Source: Candidatus Dojkabacteria bacterium
GTDB lineage: Bacteria; Patescibacteriota; Dojkabacteria; J137
Direction of reading: 5' to 3'
Assembly (NCBI GenBank): GCA_040006935.1
Contig: JBDTVZ010000001.1
Location: 18,218 to 82,217 of the forward strand
DNA: 64,000 nucleotides
Shown: one piece after another, positions 10,358 through 18,775 of the stretch
Layout of the letters: each line of letters opens with the position of its first letter
How positions within the stretch are numbered: position 1 is the first letter of the stretch
Position numbers and translations under genes: made by a program
The notes under the pieces: generated by a model
What the model was told of the DNA's origin: nothing
Seen by the model: only the letters and a program-made list of their open reading frames with translations
The model's database searches: none

Positions 10358-10570
10358 ATGAATCTAAAAAATAAAATTGCCTTAGTTACGGGTTCTACAT
10401 CAGGTATAGGAAAAGCAGTAGCTCAAAAACTTATGAATGAAGGATGTGTTGTCATTGTTTCGTCAAACGAAAATCTTGATGAAACCACAGTGTTAAGTAT
10501 GTTTGAAAATAGTGATTCATCAAGTTACTTTAAATGTGATATTTCTAAGAGAGTTCATTGCAGACTCTAG
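10358..10570 (+). pseudogene. truncated short-chain dehydrogenase N-terminal fragment, a partial duplicate of the downstream SDR
   Basis: 70 aa carrying only the Rossmann motif LVTGSTSGIGKAVA, then terminates; an out-of-frame ORF (10503-10700) follows; a full-length paralog starts at 10710. Confidence 0.5.
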
Positions 10571-10709
10571 CGTTGTGATGAAACAAGAAATCGAATTTTA
10601 TAGAAAATATTCACCTTCAATTTTTCATGAAAATACTTATAAAAATATAGAATCGGGTTTGAGAATTTATGATGAATTAGAAAAGTCTTTGAGTAGTTAA
10701 TATTATTTT

Positions 10710-11450
10710 ATGGAATTACAAAATAAGGTTGTACTAATAACAGGATCTTCCAGTGGGATTGGAAGGACAACGGCTATTAGATTTGCGAAAGAAGGCTGTA
10801 AAATAGTTATTAATTACCATATGAATAAAGAAGGTGCTGAAGAAGTAGAAAAAGAAATTAAAAAATTAGGAAATGAATGCATAGTGGTTCAAGCAGATGT
10901 ATCTAAACCCGAAGAGGTGAGAAAAATGTTTGATACAGTTACAGAGAAATTTAAAACAGTAGATATTTTAATAAATAATGCAGCAATTCCAAACGATCAA
11001 GTAGACTATTTTGAAGCAACACCTGATGATATTTCTACACTTGTAGCTACAGATTTAATTGCCCCAATGATTTGTTCTCAGCATGCAATTAAATTAATGC
11101 AGAAACAAGGTTACGGAAAAATTCTTAATACAAGTTCTATAAGAGGAGCTGAACATGGAGGAAGATCTGTGGTTTATGCAGCATCAAAAGCAGGACTAAA
11201 TAGTTTTACAAAAACACTTGCTAAAAAAGTAGCTCCCAATATTCAAGTAAACGCTGTTGCTCCAGGATTTGTAAAGACTAGAAATTATGACAAGATGCAA
11301 CCTGAACAACTTCAGAATTTTCTAGATCAAACATATTTAAAAAGATGGGTGACTGAAGATGAGATTGCAGACGCATTTATTTTTCTTGCTAAGAATGATG
11401 CTATGACAGGACAAGTAATTTATGTTGATGCTGGTTTTACTTTGAAATAA
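10710..11450 (+). CDS. short-chain dehydrogenase/reductase (FabG-like)
   Basis: 246 aa; TGSSSGIG, NNAA, and the S...YAASKAG catalytic triad pattern. Confidence 0.9.
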   Translation: MELQNKVVLITGSSSGIGRTTAIRFAKEGCKIVINYHMNKEGAEEVEKEIKKLGNECIVVQADVSKPEEVRKMFDTVTEKFKTVDILINNAAIPNDQVDYFEATPDDISTLVATDLIAPMICSQHAIKLMQKQGYGKILNTSSIRGAEHGGRSVVYAASKAGLNSFTKTLAKKVAPNIQVNAVAPGFVKTRNYDKMQPEQLQNFLDQTYLKRWVTEDEIADAFIFLAKNDAMTGQVIYVDAGFTLK

Positions 11451-12208
11451 TGTCCAATCCAAACGATACTACTGCACAACTTTACGACATTATTTCTGCT
11501 CCGGTTAAAGGTCCAGATATAACAGATGAAGAAATCGCGTTAATTTCGAGTTTAGTGCTTCCAGGATCAAGTATCCTAGACATTGGAGCTGGAACTGGAA
11601 GGCATTTAGTTCCTTTAGTTGAACTTGGCTACAAAGTTACGGGAATTGATTCTTCGGAGAAAATGCTTAACGAGCTTCGCACTAAATTACGAATTAAGAA
11701 TGACGAATTACAAATAGAATCCCATGTGATTAATGCAAATATTTTAACTGATAACTCAAAACTGGAAACTTATAACTTGGTGATTCTTATGTGGAATGCT
11801 TTTAACGAAATTGCTCTCACTTTAGAGGGTGCACAACATCTCCTCGGAGTTTTGAGCAGAATCACAGCTTCAGGTGGTAAAGTCCTTATAAATTCTGATG
11901 ATCCTGAGCTGGAAGATATGAAAAGTAAAGACTTTGAGCTTAATTATTCTAAAGATAATATTGATTATAAAATGAAATGGAAAGTAATTAGTTACGATGA
12001 GGAAAGTAATACTTCGACTTCGGAAGAAATCGTTTCTTTTATGGATAATGACAAATTAGTAGAGCATAAAACTCAAATTACACAAAGATGGTGGAGTGAA
12101 GATGAATATAGAAAACTTGCAGAACAAAATGGATTTAAATTTGAAAGAATGAAACTGAAGAGAAATAGTGAGATGTATTTGGTGTTGAATAAAGTGTCAA
12201 GTGCTTAG
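11450..12208 (+). CDS. class I SAM-dependent methyltransferase
   Basis: 252 aa; motif I ILDIGAGTGRH; start overlaps the SDR stop. Confidence 0.8.
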   Translation: MSNPNDTTAQLYDIISAPVKGPDITDEEIALISSLVLPGSSILDIGAGTGRHLVPLVELGYKVTGIDSSEKMLNELRTKLRIKNDELQIESHVINANILTDNSKLETYNLVILMWNAFNEIALTLEGAQHLLGVLSRITASGGKVLINSDDPELEDMKSKDFELNYSKDNIDYKMKWKVISYDEESNTSTSEEIVSFMDNDKLVEHKTQITQRWWSEDEYRKLAEQNGFKFERMKLKRNSEMYLVLNKVSSA

Positions 12209-12222
12209 TGTGTAGTGAATAG

Positions 12223-12591
12223 TTATTTAAGTCTTTTGATTAGTGTAACTATCATTTTAGATATTTCAATCATATCATTTAAAAGTTCTTCGTATTGTTT
12301 CTCATTGAGGTAGTTTATTTTGAAAGAAATCAATGTTTGTGTTTCCAATTCTGAGAGTGAACCTAATGAAATCCTTAAGAAGTTTATGAAATCTTTAGTA
12401 GTTCTTCTGGATCCTTCCGCAATATTTGAAGGAATCGAAACAGAGGATCTTCTTAATTGGTTTGTAATTCCGTAAACTTCTTTTGCAGGAAAATTTTCTG
12501 TATATTGATAAATTTTTACAGATAAATTAATACTTTTTTTCCAAATAGATAAATCTTTATATGAGGATATTTTGTTTTCCATACTATTCAC
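12223..12591 (-). CDS. four-helix-bundle protein (TIGR02436, '23S rRNA intervening-sequence protein' / bAvd-like)
   Basis: 122 aa; QLRRSSVSIPSNIAEGSRRTTKDFINFLRISLGSLSELETQ is the family signature. Confidence 0.8.
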   Translation of the reverse strand: MNSMENKISSYKDLSIWKKSINLSVKIYQYTENFPAKEVYGITNQLRRSSVSIPSNIAEGSRRTTKDFINFLRISLGSLSELETQTLISFKINYLNEKQYEELLNDMIEISKMIVTLIKRLK

Positions 12592-12612
12592 TATTAACTA
12601 TTTCACTTAACA

Positions 12613-13179
12613 CTAATTCGCTTTTGAGAAGTATTCCCCGTCCTCGGTGTTTACAATAATCTTTTCTCCTTGTTTTATGAATAATGGAACTTTTACAACA
12701 ACACCTGTTTCTAAGGTAGCGTCTTTTTTAGCACCGGTTGCAGTATCGCCTTTTACAGCATCGTAAGTTTCTGTGATTTCTAGAGTGATTTTTGGTGGTA
12801 ATTGAAGGTAAATAACTTCGTCCTCGTAAACTTTTGCAACATATTTAGCATCTCCATGAAGCCAATCAGTTTTCCCTGGAATTAAATCAAGAGAAATACT
12901 TGTTTGTTCGTATGTGTTTGGATCCATAAAAACAGCATTATTTCCATCTACATAAATAAATTGAACATTTTTTGTAGAAACATCAATTTCCTCAACTTTT
13001 ACACCAGAAGTAATGGTTAAGTTAAAAAATTTACCTGTTTTAATACTTTGAAGTCGAACTCTATTAAATCCCGACCCCTTTCCCATTGATGCGAACTCTT
13101 TCTCAACCATAATGTGAGGTTCTCCATTGTGTTTTATAATCATTCCTCGATACAAATCTGATGTCATTGCCATATACAC
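12613..13179 (-). CDS. efp: elongation factor P
   Basis: 188 aa; KH-like N-domain with the conserved lysine loop SMGKGSGFNRVRL (site of EpmA lysylation) and OB domains. Confidence 0.9.
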   Translation of the reverse strand: MYMAMTSDLYRGMIIKHNGEPHIMVEKEFASMGKGSGFNRVRLQSIKTGKFFNLTITSGVKVEEIDVSTKNVQFIYVDGNNAVFMDPNTYEQTSISLDLIPGKTDWLHGDAKYVAKVYEDEVIYLQLPPKITLEITETYDAVKGDTATGAKKDATLETGVVVKVPLFIKQGEKIIVNTEDGEYFSKAN

Positions 13180-13257
13180 GAACTAATAATTACGAGTAAT
13201 AAGAACCTGAATAACTAAGTATAATAGCATAAATGAAGCAAAGTGAGAAGTTAAAAT

Positions 13258-13749
13258 TTACGCTTCTAGGTTTACACTATCACTTAAATCGTACATAATT
13301 TCCAAAATAATATTAATGGCTGTATTTGTTTTTTCATACATATTAGTTCTACCTAAATAAGGAGTTCTTCTATTCTCATACTCAAGAAAATTATCATTAT
13401 CAGATATGGCTAATGAGATTGACCTAAGATGACTTAGAAAAGTATCAAGAATGTATTTCCTTGTTTCACTTGTAAAAGTTAAATTTCCTATCAATTCTAA
13501 AAAGCCCCTTTCTAAATCACAACTAAACATAGTTATAAACCATGGTGTTATAACTGACTTAGTAGTCTGTGTTGGACTTAAATGATCAGGTGGATTAATT
13601 ATTTTACGGCTAGTAAATTCAGCTAAATTTCTTCTATATGGGTCAGTGATTAGGTTAAGAAGCATTTGAGTTCCAACTTCACTTTTACTAATTTTTGGTA
13701 ATTCTGCATAATTTCCATCACATCCTTGTGTAGGTCCATTTATTTCCAT
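13258..13749 (-). CDS. hypothetical protein, paralog 3 of a tandem triplet
   Basis: 163 aa; shares EVGTQMLLNLITDPYRRNLAEFTSRK and ITPWFITMFSCDLERGFLELI blocks with the two upstream ORFs. Confidence 0.6.
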   Translation of the reverse strand: MEINGPTQGCDGNYAELPKISKSEVGTQMLLNLITDPYRRNLAEFTSRKIINPPDHLSPTQTTKSVITPWFITMFSCDLERGFLELIGNLTFTSETRKYILDTFLSHLRSISLAISDNDNFLEYENRRTPYLGRTNMYEKTNTAINIILEIMYDLSDSVNLEA

Positions 13750-13817
13750 ATATTTTAGAAATAAAAAATATTTACTAAATAATAAAAAATATCCAAAAGA
13801 GAGAAATTTATAGCTGC

Positions 13818-14318
13818 TTAATTTAATATATCTCTACAATTATACAATAGGTTAACTAACTCTTCTAAATATTGCTGAATACAATCATACTTATACTCAA
13901 GTAATAAAAAACTATCTAATTTTACATTTCCACTGTGTTTTATATCTTCTATCTCTTTAACATAAATACTTATGGTATCTACTAGGAATATAAATTGTTC
14001 TAATGTTTGCTTATCAGTAAAGTTTTTGAAAACTAAATATCTTTTTTTAAATCCTTCAATTAAATCTGCAGCAAATTCATTTATAAATTCTGGAGTGATT
14101 ACTTGAGTAATATATTTTAAATAAAAGATCTTCTCTGGTTCGCTTTCTTTAGTTACGATTGAGGTAAGGGGTTTTCTTGTAAATATCTCAGCTCCCAGTT
14201 TTCTCTTTGGATCATTTATCAAATTGAAAAAGAGTTCTATTGAAGAGTAAGCATAGAAACTAACTTCACCATATTTCTTAAAATCATCTGCTCCTTTAGG
14301 GAAGAAGTTATATTCCAT
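13818..14318 (-). CDS. hypothetical protein, paralog 2 of a tandem triplet
   Basis: 166 aa; LFFNLINDPKRKLGAEIFTRK / ITPEFINEFAADLIEGF blocks. Confidence 0.6.
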   Translation of the reverse strand: MEYNFFPKGADDFKKYGEVSFYAYSSIELFFNLINDPKRKLGAEIFTRKPLTSIVTKESEPEKIFYLKYITQVITPEFINEFAADLIEGFKKRYLVFKNFTDKQTLEQFIFLVDTISIYVKEIEDIKHSGNVKLDSFLLLEYKYDCIQQYLEELVNLLYNCRDILN

Positions 14319-14329
14319 GCAATAAATAT

Positions 14330-14800
14330 TTAATCTAACTCGGAACTATATTCTTTAAGTTCAAATAATATGTGTAAAAGAGGATTTATGATTTTATTGT
14401 CAGCTTTTATTATTAAATCCTTATCTTTAGGTAAACTTAAACTTCCTTCTTCAAACCCATCACTTAATAATCTTGCTGATAAAAGAAATTCATTTACTAG
14501 AGATATTTTGTCTTTTTGTTCACCAGGTTGGAGATTTGTTTTTTTTATAAATTCTATAAATCCATTCTCTATATCCTTGCTAAACGCAGCAATAAACCAA
14601 ACTGTAATTTGATTGTGAAATTTGTATGTAGTTGGTCCTTCAGAAAGCGAAACCATTTGACGACTGCTTAATTCTGCTAGACGCCTTCTTTGCTTATCAG
14701 CAATAAGGGCAACTAGCATTCTAGATCCAACATCTGCCTCTGTTAATTCTGGAAACCTTATATCGTCATCATAACCTTGGTAGATTTCTGTTCTGCTCAT
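14330..14800 (-). CDS. hypothetical protein, paralog 1 of a tandem triplet
   Basis: 156 aa; ADVGSRMLVALIADKQRRRLAELSSRQ / ITVWFIAAFSKDIENGFIEFI blocks. Confidence 0.6.
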   Translation of the reverse strand: MSRTEIYQGYDDDIRFPELTEADVGSRMLVALIADKQRRRLAELSSRQMVSLSEGPTTYKFHNQITVWFIAAFSKDIENGFIEFIKKTNLQPGEQKDKISLVNEFLLSARLLSDGFEEGSLSLPKDKDLIIKADNKIINPLLHILFELKEYSSELD

Positions 14801-14802
14801 TC

Positions 14803-16602
14803 TTAATTAGGCTTATAAGCTAAGTTGCCTCCAAGCAATGTTCTAATATCTGTAATTTTATATTTTGCCATCGCCCATCTATCCAGCCCCATTCCAAATG
14901 CATAACCTTGCCATTTACTAGGATCTAATCCACCCATCTTCAAAACATTAGGATGAATAATTCCTGCGCCTCCCATTTCAATCCAACCTCTTCCTTTACA
15001 AATTGCGCAACCTTCACCATGACAGTTAAAGCATCTTAAATCTGGTCCAACTCCTGGTTCAACTTCAGGATAGTATTTACATCTGAATCTTATTTCTACA
15101 TCATCTCCTAAGAAAGTTTTAAACATGTAATTAATAATAGCGAATAATTCAGCCATACTAACCTTCTCTTTCACTGCTGTCATTTGGTATTGATGGAATG
15201 TGAAGTGGTTTGTTCTATTAACTTTCTCATTTCTATAAACTCTTCCTGGCATAACAACTTTGAATGGAGGTTTGAAATCTTCTATAACATGCGCCTCGAT
15301 TGAGGATGTTTGGGTTCTCAATAGAATATTGGGTTCTTCTACAAAAATAGAATCTAATAGATCTCTAGCCGGATGATCCATCGGCAAATTTAGCCTTTGG
15401 AAACTATACTCATCTGTTTCTAACTCCGGTCCATCCATTACGCTAAAACCAATACTTCGAAAAATCGCGTTTAAATCCAGTTCTGTTTGAGTTAAAGGAT
15501 GAAGATGACCTACTTTAGCTTTAGAAAAATTTAATTCTGACTGAGGAATACTTAAGTAACCCTTATTATCAGAATTTTGAATATTTTCTTTTGCCCCATT
15601 AATTAATGCATCGATTGAAGCTTTTAGATTATTAATTGACTGGCCAAAATCTTTTCTTTTATCGTTTGGAACATCTTTAATTGTTTTCATTAATTCAGTT
15701 ACAATACCTTCTTTCCCTAAATACTTTCTCCAAAGATTTGTAAGTTCATCTAATGATGCCGCTTTAGCTACTTCATCATTTACTGTACTTATAATTTCTG
15801 TTTCGTTAACGTATTCAGATTCTACATGTGGCTGTATTTCCTTGACTGTTTTCTCACTCATTTCCTGATTTTTATTAATAGAATAGGACACTTTTAAAGT
15901 ATCTCCTTCTTTTATAATTTCTTCAATAGTAATTCCACCAACTTCAGAAGTTTTTTGCACAATAGTTCCACCATCTGCAAATGACCCAACTCCTTCAAGT
16001 TTCAGCATTCGCAAAGGTTTATTAGAAGGAAGATTTGGTTGTAAATATACTGCTTCTTTAGAAAGCTCATCTAATGTAACAAATCCCCAACTAAATTTTA
16101 AATCTGAGTTTATAAGATCATTTGTAGTGTTTTGAATTTTTTCTTTAAGCTCATTTAAATCACCAACATCTTTTAAAATACTGTATAGGATAAATGGCTT
16201 CTTACCATGATCTGCTTTTAAAGGACTAAGGGAATTAGGAACCAAACCTAATTTCACTAAAGAACAATCAATAATATGTCCTGCAGAATGCATTTTCATG
16301 TTTTGGTACCTTCTTTCCCAATTTATTTCTGCATCAACTTCATCTCCTACTTTTAATTGATTTGTTTTTATACTATGCCAAATTTCTCCATCCTTGATTT
16401 GTACTTGGAAAACTTCAACAAAAGATCCATCGCTAAGCATAAATTTACCTTGATCTGTAGGCTGACCGCCTCCCATAGGGTAAAATACAGTCTTGTCTAA
16501 AATTACTCGCGATTGGTTATCACCTTCTGTAAATACTTCCAAAACTTTAGCTTTGGTAGTTTTTATATATGGTTCTAGAAGGTAGATTGTTTCAGTCTTC
16601 AT
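14803..16602 (-). CDS. pheS: phenylalanine--tRNA ligase alpha subunit with an N-terminal AlaX/tRNA_SAD-like domain
   Basis: 599 aa; the C-terminal 260 aa are a PheS catalytic core (motifs FRSIGF...HPARD, FRCKYYP.EP, GMGLDRWAM); the N-terminal ~240 aa have HSAGH (HxxxH) and a degenerate DGGTIV in place of CGGTHV. Confidence 0.85.
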   Translation of the reverse strand: MKTETIYLLEPYIKTTKAKVLEVFTEGDNQSRVILDKTVFYPMGGGQPTDQGKFMLSDGSFVEVFQVQIKDGEIWHSIKTNQLKVGDEVDAEINWERRYQNMKMHSAGHIIDCSLVKLGLVPNSLSPLKADHGKKPFILYSILKDVGDLNELKEKIQNTTNDLINSDLKFSWGFVTLDELSKEAVYLQPNLPSNKPLRMLKLEGVGSFADGGTIVQKTSEVGGITIEEIIKEGDTLKVSYSINKNQEMSEKTVKEIQPHVESEYVNETEIISTVNDEVAKAASLDELTNLWRKYLGKEGIVTELMKTIKDVPNDKRKDFGQSINNLKASIDALINGAKENIQNSDNKGYLSIPQSELNFSKAKVGHLHPLTQTELDLNAIFRSIGFSVMDGPELETDEYSFQRLNLPMDHPARDLLDSIFVEEPNILLRTQTSSIEAHVIEDFKPPFKVVMPGRVYRNEKVNRTNHFTFHQYQMTAVKEKVSMAELFAIINYMFKTFLGDDVEIRFRCKYYPEVEPGVGPDLRCFNCHGEGCAICKGRGWIEMGGAGIIHPNVLKMGGLDPSKWQGYAFGMGLDRWAMAKYKITDIRTLLGGNLAYKPN

Positions 16603-16686
16603 TACTGTTAATTAATATATGCAGTATTTTACCAGAGTTATTAAGTTTTTAGTATTTCTTAATAAAACATTTGAAATATTAACTGA

Positions 16687-17433
16687 ATGTTGGTATTATT
16701 TGGCAACATATTATTGAAAACACAAATGACTACTGCTATGCTTATTCCAAGAGAAGAAATTTTAACTCCAAAAGATTATGATATTGCTCTGACTTTGCTT
16801 CCATTAAATTATAAAGGTAGAGACGAAAGTATGAGAGAATTCTCAATTCATACAAGTTCAATAGCAGATAAATTATTTTCAGATGTACTAGACAAAGAAT
16901 CATTAGATATTCTTGTTAAAACTATTAATGATTGGATGTTTAAATCCAGAGATTTAGTTTTAAAAACTGAGGAAGGTTTTTATTCAGGATTACTAAATAG
17001 CAGGCTTTTTGCTTATAGATTAAATAGCATTTTAAGCCCATTATCAGACGGAAATAAGTACAGTAAAGATAGTTTCTCTACAAACTCTATTGAATTATTA
17101 ACTAAAATTTGTTCATTAACTAGACAGGGAGTAGATGAAATTCTATTGAGTGTTCAACCAGATTGCTTTCCATATTTAAACCCTCAAGGGATACCATATA
17201 GCAATGAAGATAAAATGATAGGATCGAATAGAATTATTAATCCAAACTATGACAATAGAAAAAGGAATATCTATATTGAACTAAACCTACTGAAAAATAC
17301 AACTAACAGACTTTTGTTACTTATCGGGAGACTAGGATCTAAAAAAGAACAAGAATACCTTTTGCACCCTCCTGTTGAAGGTTCACTTAATGGAGATTCT
17401 AATATCCTGCATCCAGGAAGTATAGAAGGTTAA
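16687..17433 (+). CDS. hypothetical protein
   Basis: 248-aa ORF; its 3' end overlaps convergent tgt by ~50 nt; the start may be the internal ATG near 16720. Confidence 0.5.
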   Translation: MLVLFGNILLKTQMTTAMLIPREEILTPKDYDIALTLLPLNYKGRDESMREFSIHTSSIADKLFSDVLDKESLDILVKTINDWMFKSRDLVLKTEEGFYSGLLNSRLFAYRLNSILSPLSDGNKYSKDSFSTNSIELLTKICSLTRQGVDEILLSVQPDCFPYLNPQGIPYSNEDKMIGSNRIINPNYDNRKRNIYIELNLLKNTTNRLLLLIGRLGSKKEQEYLLHPPVEGSLNGDSNILHPGSIEG

Positions 17434-18618
17434 GTTATGGATTGTTGCCAGTCTAAATCCAGCGGGCTCATTCATTCTAATTAAATGTCTAATGTAAGCT
17501 CTGGAATAATTAACGCAAGCTTCACACTTACAATTTTCGTCAATTGGCCTTGAATCCTTAGAATAAATTTCTTTTTTAATTCTCAAAACATCATGAGACA
17601 GCTTTTTATAAATTTTTGTTTCTTCACCTTGACCTTCACTTACATACAAATACCCATGCCTAGCATTTCTTGTTGGTAAAACAGTATCAAATAAATTCCA
17701 TCCAACATCAACACAGTAAGCAATGTCCGTAGGTTGGCCAACTCCCATCGCATATTTACACTTCTTGTCCGGAATTAGGTCGGAAACATATTTGAGCATA
17801 TCGTGAAAGAACCCTTCCTCAGATTCTGTTTTCCATGTCACAGGAGTATGAAGAGGAAGTCCTCCAAAATTATAAATATCAAAATCAAGTTCAACTAATT
17901 CTTCAGCACTTTGCTTTCTTAATTCATAATCATTACCACCTTGAATTACACAACCAAGTAGAGGTTGAACCCCTCTCATCCTCCCTTTTATTAAAGGTGA
18001 TGTGTCACGAAGTGACGAAGGGGTTGACAACTCATCGAATTTTTTCTTAGCTCTTTTTGCCCACACTGTATTAATTCTTACACATTCTTTCCTTTCAGCA
18101 AAACTAGCATCACCTAAAATTGGGTCGTCTAAGACAGTCATTAAGTCCGCTCCTAAGTTAAATTGAATTTGCATTGAAGATTCGGGAGTTAGTAAAAATT
18201 GCTGATTAGTTACTGGATCTAAAAAAGAACAACCTGCCTCCGTGATAAAGTTATCAGTCATCAGTTTTGAGTTTTCAGATCGTTGCTTTTTATCTGAAGA
18301 CTGATTACTGATAACTGACCTCTGTCTATTTATTAAACTAAATACTTGCCATCCACCACTATCTGTAAGAATTGGCCTGTCCCAACCAAAAAATTTATGA
18401 ATACCTCCAAATTCTTTTATGAACTCGCTACCTATATTTTGCTCAATGTGCATAGTCGTAGTCACAATTTCTTTAACACCAGCTGTCTCTGCATCTTTAA
18501 AGCTTATAGATTTAATAGATCCATAAGTTGCGTCGGGCATGAAGGCAGGAAGTAGAATGTCTCCGTGTTGTGTTTTTATTAGTTCTTTTACCATATGTAA
18601 AACTCTAAACAAATTCAA
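17383..18618 (-). CDS. tgt: queuine tRNA-ribosyltransferase
   Basis: 411 aa; LPAFMPDAT, catalytic Asp region, and the zinc site CKCEAC...H. Confidence 0.9.
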   Translation of the reverse strand: MNLFRVLHMVKELIKTQHGDILLPAFMPDATYGSIKSISFKDAETAGVKEIVTTTMHIEQNIGSEFIKEFGGIHKFFGWDRPILTDSGGWQVFSLINRQRSVISNQSSDKKQRSENSKLMTDNFITEAGCSFLDPVTNQQFLLTPESSMQIQFNLGADLMTVLDDPILGDASFAERKECVRINTVWAKRAKKKFDELSTPSSLRDTSPLIKGRMRGVQPLLGCVIQGGNDYELRKQSAEELVELDFDIYNFGGLPLHTPVTWKTESEEGFFHDMLKYVSDLIPDKKCKYAMGVGQPTDIAYCVDVGWNLFDTVLPTRNARHGYLYVSEGQGEETKIYKKLSHDVLRIKKEIYSKDSRPIDENCKCEACVNYSRAYIRHLIRMNEPAGFRLATIHNLTFYTSWMQDIRISIK

Positions 18619-18775
18619 AATACAAATTTCAAAGTTTAAAACATTTGAGAATTGGTTGATTAGATATTATTTAGTTTTTTTGATATTAGAATTTTAAGAT
18701 TAAATAAAGTTATTTGGAAATGATAATTATTTTCTGATAGACTATTCCTCGCACTTAAACTATTTATTACACCAA

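Noticed and set aside
12223-12591. A complete diversity-generating retroelement around the Avd-like genes
   Set aside because: There is no reverse-transcriptase ORF (no YxDD-containing frame of suitable size) and no obvious TR/VR repeat pair within the window.
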